33,579 nt of DNA, taken from a virus (Duplodnaviria > Caudoviricetes). Shown in pieces: positions 28,701-33,579 of this stretch; position 1 is the stretch's first letter, and each line of letters opens with the position of its first letter. The notes beneath the pieces are model-generated. The model was not told the DNA's origin and did not search any database. It saw only the letters and a list, made by a program, of their open reading frames with translations. Made by a program: the position numbers and the translations under genes. The DNA is taken from positions 1-33,579 of the IMG/VR virus record IMGVR_UViG_3300037991_004283; one strand, written 5' to 3'.

Positions 28701-28757
28701 TTCATCGGTTGCTATTGGATGATTACTGTAATCTCTTGGTGCATCTGGATCTGCCAT
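25749..28757 (-). CDS. Baseplate hub-like protein (gp27/gpD-like), 1002 aa
   Basis: It lies between the gp53-like and gp5-like genes. The C-terminal ELRGDPWWL and SGIYQVRTVNHKFNGGLYTMDI resemble the C-termini of hub proteins. An AGGAGG RBS is present. Confidence 0.6.
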   Translation of the reverse strand: MADPDAPRDYSNHPIATDEEKKALNETQGASSSTPKITNEYVGDILGNVLDTVDLPTYHLKLYMIGPGSKNASAGSEDTPTQDTETSSSSDARKDQGEKGSIRTTGTGYLNNRVDSHPDPTQTVVLAETGVTEVGIDGLEIATIPGGGGSETTTVNFTITQPNAADFPDQIVKARQYLGAPPDGGDVPLFLELSFRGRRESDLNPDLWDTDNAGGEIMSNVAGPFVYQLMIRNFSMNIDVGGSTYEFETAVKDTLYTADAFYRTRKFYTITGRTIGQMLQDLQKQTNDYNQKQNLPQRINFGLTDGGEVDELTRVGYKKSGKRKTSMMMLAGDYYQYDPTGKTTADYYVPGLKHIKDQSLDIEDTEQLNAVIKEEVVDAEDTKEAKEASEEAREKSTSVSKDAKTNKISIDLKEGITMDKVLGILLSMNKEFMQKASRTADIDDPKNEDVDATKQVLWYKFEGSIEYGEYLKKDKQYFKTAYLIPTSFESPKTDIAIFPWETDKNNNLEKGEVTERVNQMKIRKAYEYIFTGRNDQIINCDISYNEGYMLLQPPDRGLLGDISLNAASILNPTPVDKKETIEDEGIEKLTDSADESSSQNFFDQLNKLKNDIKKGEAFIRDLGSAAQFTESQIKDLVKNSNGEAAKKLQEALSDQSTAQGIANALTEKRKTSNQANVVTQSEEFSPQESGFVYGGDLIGNTKYAEQLADKGKKFKEERTSAEEKEEESINNGIAQRTKSEYLSGFANVGATKGIKNNLFTYLYDQHQAVDFLMRLEMELRGDPWWLGKPVHKAGEVPTPPGSSAQKIEETDEDGNNYLTTTKDNFFLFSLNSPRLFDMDVENEDNNTGLWIKEGDGTSYFISGIYQVRTVNHKFNGGLYTMDIMGVKETAISLNNMERQLSQFSYVDEERKGFTAKKQDGVVTDGDREGNKGAYEKPHYANVQGQMDSSEKTAEELLEAGDITKEQYDSWVDWNEKEKKKEQERRNPPGYTPTYYPRNDPGA

Positions 28758-28758
28758 T

Positions 28759-29061
28759 TTATCCTCCTGCTACAAGTTTTACTGATTCCATAGATGGTAA
28801 TTTTATTATTGTTCCTGCTTTAAAATCTCTTATAGGGTCTACAAGTATGTCTGGATTTCTTAATGCAAATACCCACCATAGCTCAGTAGTACCATAAACT
28901 TTATATGCTAGTATGTCAGGTCTGCCATCTACATCTGCTTTAATTTTATAATCTTCATCATACAATCCCTTAGGCATTTTGGGAAGATTATTTACATCCA
29001 GAAATACATCCATTGCACCTGCGTTTCTTAAGAAACTATTTGAACCGTGAAATTTTGCCAT
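28759..29061 (-). CDS. gp53: Baseplate wedge protein, gp53-like / LysM-like (100 aa)
   Basis: The motif GRPDILAYKVYGTTELWWVFALRNPDILVDPIRDFKAGTIIKLP is typical of this family. The start overlaps the upstream stop (TAATG). Confidence 0.8.
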   Translation of the reverse strand: MAKFHGSNSFLRNAGAMDVFLDVNNLPKMPKGLYDEDYKIKADVDGRPDILAYKVYGTTELWWVFALRNPDILVDPIRDFKAGTIIKLPSMESVKLVAGG

Positions 29062-29999
29062 TAAATAAATCCATCCTGATATGCTGACCCGTTTGTTAAG
29101 CCAGTAATATCAAATCTTTTTCTTAATTTGTGTGGTGTGTAACTTACTGATAAGTTAATTGTAACCAGTGCCGCCGTAGGCACATAAGTTACTGTGTCTT
29201 TACTGCCCATTTTATAATGTACAGGCACATAGTCTACATCTTCTCCATACTGAATGGAGTAATCTTTTACAATTACAGGAACTTTATTAAATCCATGCTC
29301 TCCTAAATATTCAAATAACAGAACTGGCGGTGGTGTTCCTGCAACACCTTGTGCAACCGCACTATCGCCTGAAAAACTTTTTGTAATTACTTTACAAAAA
29401 TGAAATACTGCTAACATGTATCTTGCTTCGTAAATGTCATTACATGTAAATTCTGAAGCAATAGGTAGTTCAGGTGGTCTACTATTCTCATAAGCAAAGA
29501 ACGGATAGTTCATTCCCTGTAAATGGTGTTCCTGATAATTTGCACTTGATGATACAAATATCTGTGGAGTATATTGCCATACAAGTCCGCCTGAATCTAT
29601 TATTGGTTGCAATATGTTTGTTTCTGGTACTGTTCCTTCTTTAGCATAAGCCTGCCCATAAACATAATCCTCACCACCTCTTTTAGGTCTTAGTCTTGCT
29701 CTCCAATCGTAATTCCTTTGTACAGAGTGAGGAGTTTCTGGTTCAAGCGACCCAAATTGATCAGTTTGTTGCTGTAATTGTTGCCTTAATTGTAATTCAC
29801 TTAACATCCTAGCACCAAAAAGTAAATTTTGATCAGGATTTCTAGGAGGATTTCGTAATCCAGGTATAAAATCTCCCAAAGGAGAAGCACCTAACAGATT
29901 ACCTGCTAACCTTCTAGCATGTGGATTTTTAATACCGCCAATTGCTTTATTGGCCTTGTTACCTAAATATCCACTTATAATGTTTTTCAAAAAAGCCAT
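29061..29999 (-). CDS. Tail tube initiator/cap-like protein (gp48/gp54-like), 312 aa
   Basis: Motifs QYTPQI..SSSANY and GTPPPVLLFEYLG..GFNKVPVIVKDYSI are present, the gene sits immediately before gp53, and it has an AGGAG RBS at 30005-30009. Confidence 0.6.
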   Translation of the reverse strand: MAFLKNIISGYLGNKANKAIGGIKNPHARRLAGNLLGASPLGDFIPGLRNPPRNPDQNLLFGARMLSELQLRQQLQQQTDQFGSLEPETPHSVQRNYDWRARLRPKRGGEDYVYGQAYAKEGTVPETNILQPIIDSGGLVWQYTPQIFVSSSANYQEHHLQGMNYPFFAYENSRPPELPIASEFTCNDIYEARYMLAVFHFCKVITKSFSGDSAVAQGVAGTPPPVLLFEYLGEHGFNKVPVIVKDYSIQYGEDVDYVPVHYKMGSKDTVTYVPTAALVTINLSVSYTPHKLRKRFDITGLTNGSAYQDGFI

Positions 30000-30017
30000 T
30001 CTAACTCCTAATAGTTC

Positions 30018-30026
30018 TATTTATCA
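30018..30026 (-). promoter_or_regulatory. Putative late promoter TGATAAATA heading the tail operon
   Basis: The minus strand reads TGATAAATA-GAACTATT-AGGAG-TTAGA-ATG. Confidence 0.7.
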
Positions 30027-30096
30027 GTTTTATTAAAGCATGTTATAATTATTCCTATAAAGTTTTCCAGTTTTTGCTAGATCTGGTAAATATTAA

Positions 30097-30124
30097 TTGA
30101 CAATACACAGGTAATGTGTATAAT
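30097..30124 (+). promoter_or_regulatory. Consensus sigma70 promoter TTGACA-N16-TATAAT for the gp55-gp47-gp46 operon, with a palindrome in the spacer
   Basis: TTGACA at 30097-30102, TATAAT at 30119-30124, the inverted repeat ATACACA-N5-TGTGTAT at 30103-30121, and a GAGGAG RBS downstream. Confidence 0.8.
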
Positions 30125-30165
30125 AACACAATATAAATGAACGATAATTTTGAGGAGAGTTATTA

Positions 30166-31035
30166 ATGGCACAGCCTAAAAAAGTAAACTATCTTAATAA
30201 CAAAGATATTCTAAAAGAAATCCATAAAAGCAAAATGACGTACTGCTGGTTAGCAGATGAAAAATATGGTGCATTTGATATCATATTAGAAGACGTTAAA
30301 AAAGTCAATAGAATCAGTATTAAAGCCGCAAGAGAAAATAAAGCCGCAAAAATGCAATATGATGCATATCAGGCCGCAATGGCAGAACATGATCCTAAAG
30401 ATTACAGAAATAAACCCAAGCAGAAAGAGTTTGCTGTAGATCCTAAAAGCATAGCAAAAGAAGATTTAGTTTTTCGTGTTATGACTATGGAACACATTCC
30501 ATTAGAACCAGGAAGAAAAAAGAATCCTAGGAACGAAGCAGAAACAAAAGCAAAGGTAAATTTTCCTCCTTTTAAACATTACGCATACGTTGGTGATGAG
30601 TTAAAGGAAGTAGCAAGGAGTCATTGGGAAGGAGGATTAAGTAATGGACACTTTAATCCTGAACATGGAAAAATCACAAATAAACTTGGCACTATGTTTT
30701 TAAAATTAGTGGAAAGGTATAGTCACAGAGGTAACTGGAGAGGATATACTTATGTAGATGAAATGCGTGGACAAGCATTACTACAATTAAGTTATATTGG
30801 ACTACAGTTTAATGAGCAAAAATCAGATAACCCTTTTGCTTATTATACAGCCGCCGTTAATAACAGTTTCACAAGAGTACTTAACTTGGAAAAAAGGAAC
30901 CAAATGATAAGAGATGATATTCTTATTGAGCAAGGGCATTTACCAAGTTATGGAAGACAAATTCAACATGAAAATGAACTGCGTGAATTAAGAGAAGCCG
31001 CAGAACAAAGTCAAACAACTGATATTAACGATTAA
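30166..31035 (+). CDS. gp55: Late-transcription sigma factor, T4 gp55-like (289 aa)
   Basis: NYLNNKDIL at the N-terminus and RGNWRGYTYVDEM...FNEQKSDNPFAYYTAAVNNSFTRVLNLEK correspond to T4 gp55 (NYVNNKEL; NFSGYT...EM; FDETKYKNPHAYIT..CFNAF). The gene is syntenic with gp47/gp46. Confidence 0.85.
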   Translation: MAQPKKVNYLNNKDILKEIHKSKMTYCWLADEKYGAFDIILEDVKKVNRISIKAARENKAAKMQYDAYQAAMAEHDPKDYRNKPKQKEFAVDPKSIAKEDLVFRVMTMEHIPLEPGRKKNPRNEAETKAKVNFPPFKHYAYVGDELKEVARSHWEGGLSNGHFNPEHGKITNKLGTMFLKLVERYSHRGNWRGYTYVDEMRGQALLQLSYIGLQFNEQKSDNPFAYYTAAVNNSFTRVLNLEKRNQMIRDDILIEQGHLPSYGRQIQHENELRELREAAEQSQTTDIND

Positions 31036-31040
31036 TTTTT

Positions 31041-32054
31041 ATGAGCCAACTGTTTAAAACAGCGGCTTGTTTTACTGACATACACTACGGATTAAAGCAA
31101 AACAGCCGTTTACATTTACAAGATTGCCACAGGTATATAGACTGGTTTATTGCAGAAGCAAAAGCCAGAAACGCAGAAACCTGTATATTCCTTGGTGACT
31201 GGAATCATCACAGAGCAAGTATTAGTGTAGCAACTATGAATGCCTCTATTGTGGACTTTAAAAAATTAAATGATGCATTTGAAACTGTTTATTTTATAAC
31301 AGGTAATCATGATTTATATTATAAAGACAAAAGAGAACTTAATAGCATAGAGTATGCCAGAGACTTATCTAACTTTGTAATGGTAGATGAGCATTTTTTA
31401 CAAGATGATGTAGCAATTATTCCTTGGCTTGTTGGTGATGAATTTAAACAAGTACAAAAAATGGAATGCAAATACATGTTTGGACATTTTGAATTACCAT
31501 ACTTTAAAATGAATGCTATGGTAGAAATGCCAGACCATGGTGGTATTAACGATAAAATGTTAAGTGGCCCAGAGTATGTGTTTAGTGGACATTTTCATAA
31601 AAGACAGTTTAAAAATAATATACATTATATAGGTAATGCTTTCCCACATAATTACGCAGATGTAGATGATAATGAAAGAGGTGCCATGTTCTTAACATGG
31701 GGAGAAGAGCCTCTGTATGTTAATTGGGAACAATGCCCAAAATATAAAGTCTTTACACTAAAAGAATTATTAGATGATCATCAAAATTTATTGGACGAGT
31801 ACACTTATGCAAGAGTAAAATTAGATGTCAGCATCAGTTACGAAGAGGCAAGTTTTATTAGAGAAAAATTTGCAGAGCAATACAATGTAAGAGAACTTCA
31901 ACTTATTCCAATAAAAGAGGAAGAAGAATTTGAAGGCGGTGAGATACAATTTGAAAGTGTAGATCAAATTGTACTTGCACAATTAGACACAATAGAAAGT
32001 CAAACAGTTGACAAAAATAAATTAGTTGACATTTATAATAGTTTAGAAATATAA
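31041..32054 (+). CDS. gp47: Recombination nuclease, gp47/Mre11/SbcD-like
   Basis: It carries the metallophosphoesterase motifs DIH, GDWNH, GNHD, GHF and SGHFH, and is followed by an SMC-type ATPase. Confidence 0.92.
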   Translation: MSQLFKTAACFTDIHYGLKQNSRLHLQDCHRYIDWFIAEAKARNAETCIFLGDWNHHRASISVATMNASIVDFKKLNDAFETVYFITGNHDLYYKDKRELNSIEYARDLSNFVMVDEHFLQDDVAIIPWLVGDEFKQVQKMECKYMFGHFELPYFKMNAMVEMPDHGGINDKMLSGPEYVFSGHFHKRQFKNNIHYIGNAFPHNYADVDDNERGAMFLTWGEEPLYVNWEQCPKYKVFTLKELLDDHQNLLDEYTYARVKLDVSISYEEASFIREKFAEQYNVRELQLIPIKEEEEFEGGEIQFESVDQIVLAQLDTIESQTVDKNKLVDIYNSLEI

Positions 32055-33579
32055 TGCTAAAAATTAAAAACGTATCAGCAAAAAACTTTATGAGTGTTGG
32101 TAACAACACACAGGCAGTAAACTTTGATAATTGCCAACTTACTCTTGTGCTAGGACACAATTTAGACATGGGAGGAGATGGTAGCAGAAATGGTACAGGT
32201 AAAACTACTATAATAAATGCACTCAGTTATGCTCTTTATGGAGATGCCTTAACTAATATCAGAAAAGATAATCTTATAAACAAAACAAATGGTAAAGGTA
32301 TGATTACTACTGTGGAGTTTGAGATAAAAGGCAAAGAGTATAGAATAGAAAGAGGCAGACGTCCTAATATTTTAAAACTATATGTGGACGGAGAAGATGC
32401 AATAGATCAAGAACAGCAAGGCGATAGCAGAGAAACACAAAAAGAAATAGAAAAAATAATTGGCTTTCCACATAATATGTTTAAGCATTTGATTGCACTT
32501 AACACATATACTGAACCTTTCCTTGCAATGAAAAACAACGATCAAAAGGATATGATTGAGCAGTTGTTGGGTATTACAGAACTTTCACAAAAAGCAGAAA
32601 TACTAAAGGAAAGACAAAAGGTTACTAGAGATGCCATCAAAGAGGAAGAAATAACAATAAATGCTATAGATACCAGCAACCAACGTATAGAAAAGAACAT
32701 CAAAGAGATAGAAAGCCGTAGTAGAGCATGGGAAAGTAATAAAGAAGCCAAACTAAATGAACTGGGTACTGCAATAGTGGAAATGGAAAAAATTGATATA
32801 AATCAAGAATTAGATAACCATAAGGTATTGGCAGTAATAAAAGAACAGGTTGCACAAAAGAGCAGTTTAGAAGCAGATCAAAAACGTCTTACAAATAGTG
32901 CAAATCGCAGTAAATCAAAATTAGAAGAATTACAAAATAATTTAGTTAGTGCTAAAGCAGGTGTATGCCCAGCATGTGAACAACCTACTGCTCATTTAGA
33001 TACACACGAAAAATATACTGCAGATTTAGAGGACGATATTGTAACAGAAAAAGAGTATTACGATGATCTTGAATTACAATTATTAAAAACATGTGGTGCT
33101 ATTGACGAATTAGGAGAAATACCAGAAACTCCTCATACAGAATACAGCAGAATGGAAGATGCTTTACAGCATAAACATAATTTAGACACTATGCATAGCC
33201 AACTGCAAGAAAAAGCAGAAGAGGAAAATCCTTACATAGAACAAATAGAAGGCCTTAAAACTACAGGCTTACAGGAAATTAGTTTTGATACGATGAATGA
33301 ATTAACACATTTACAAGAGCATCAGGACTTTTTGTATAAGTTGCTTACAAGCAAAGACAGTTTTATCAGAAAGAAAATTATTGATCAAAATATTGCATAT
33401 CTTAATCACAGACTAAGTTATTATTTAGAAAAACTTGGATTGCCTCATGACGTTAAATTTAGTAACGACTTGGGTGTAGAGATTACTGAATATGGCAGAG
33501 ATTTAGACTTTGATAATTTAAGCCGAGGAGAACGTAATAGACTTATACTTGGTTTAAGTTGGAGTTTCAGAGACATATA
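32054..33579 (+). CDS. gp46: Recombination ATPase, gp46/Rad50/SbcC-like (3' end truncated by the window; absent from the ORF track)
   Basis: The ATG at 32054 overlaps the gp47 stop (TAATG). The frame reads MLKIKNVSAKNFMSVG, then Walker A NGTGKTT, a coiled coil with the zinc hook CPAC at 32966-32977, and the signature LSRGERNR near the window end. Confidence 0.93.
   Translation, partial: MLKIKNVSAKNFMSVGNNTQAVNFDNCQLTLVLGHNLDMGGDGSRNGTGKTTIINALSYALYGDALTNIRKDNLINKTNGKGMITTVEFEIKGKEYRIERGRRPNILKLYVDGEDAIDQEQQGDSRETQKEIEKIIGFPHNMFKHLIALNTYTEPFLAMKNNDQKDMIEQLLGITELSQKAEILKERQKVTRDAIKEEEITINAIDTSNQRIEKNIKEIESRSRAWESNKEAKLNELGTAIVEMEKIDINQELDNHKVLAVIKEQVAQKSSLEADQKRLTNSANRSKSKLEELQNNLVSAKAGVCPACEQPTAHLDTHEKYTADLEDDIVTEKEYYDDLELQLLKTCGAIDELGEIPETPHTEYSRMEDALQHKHNLDTMHSQLQEKAEEENPYIEQIEGLKTTGLQEISFDTMNELTHLQEHQDFLYKLLTSKDSFIRKKIIDQNIAYLNHRLSYYLEKLGLPHDVKFSNDLGVEITEYGRDLDFDNLSRGERNRLILGLSWSFRDI

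Noticed and set aside
23791-28897. Short ORFs overlapping the gp5-like and hub genes on either strand
   Set aside because: They are fully nested in well-supported genes and have no independent signals.
17426-29999. Bacterial eCIS, T6SS or tailocin locus rather than a phage
   Set aside because: The adjacent gp55-like sigma factor, gp47/gp46 and T4-style late promoter motifs indicate a T4-related phage genome.
30062-30090. Weak inverted repeat TTTTCCAG...CTGGTAAA in the divergent intergenic region
   Set aside because: The stem is short and imperfect with a long loop, and it sits between divergent promoters where no terminator is expected.
31903-32751. Minus-strand ORFs of 88 and 69 aa
   Set aside because: They are antisense to gp47 and gp46, whose frames carry clear catalytic motifs.
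1-33579. Alternative genetic code (stop-codon reassignment, known in some large phages)
   Set aside because: All genes read as long intact frames under the standard code with near-complete coding density. TAA and TGA both serve as stops, and the absence of TAG stops among so few genes is uninformative.
1-33579. CRISPR arrays, tRNA/rRNA genes, IS elements and DGR-type repeat pairs
   Set aside because: Intergenic gaps are all under 170 nt. I saw no regularly spaced DNA repeats, cloverleaf, transposase or reverse transcriptase by eye.

Overview
This AT-rich, densely coding window comes from a large T4-related contractile-tailed (probably jumbo) bacteriophage. The minus strand carries a tail/baseplate module. 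In transcription order it encodes a tail-tube-initiator-like protein (312 aa), a gp53/LysM-like wedge protein, a 1002-aa hub-like protein, a 950-aa gp5-like spike with a long C-terminal extension ending in a lysozyme-like lobe, a gp25-like protein, a 1394-aa gp6-like wedge protein and a giant 5797-aa mosaic structural protein. A two-gene plus-strand cassette (alpha/beta hydrolase plus a small coiled-coil protein) with its own sigma70-type promoter interrupts this module. Divergent from it lie a gp55-like late sigma factor with a large insertion, gp47 (Mre11/SbcD-like) and gp46 (Rad50/SbcC-like, running off the window end). A transcription circuit can be read from the DNA: the same 9-mer TGATAAATA, a variant of the T4 late promoter, occurs on the minus strand in three intergenic regions. 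Two plus-strand TTGACA-N16-TA(T)WAT promoters face away from two of those copies, and the one before the sigma gene has a perfect palindrome in its spacer. All family assignments come from motif recognition by eye; no database searches were run.
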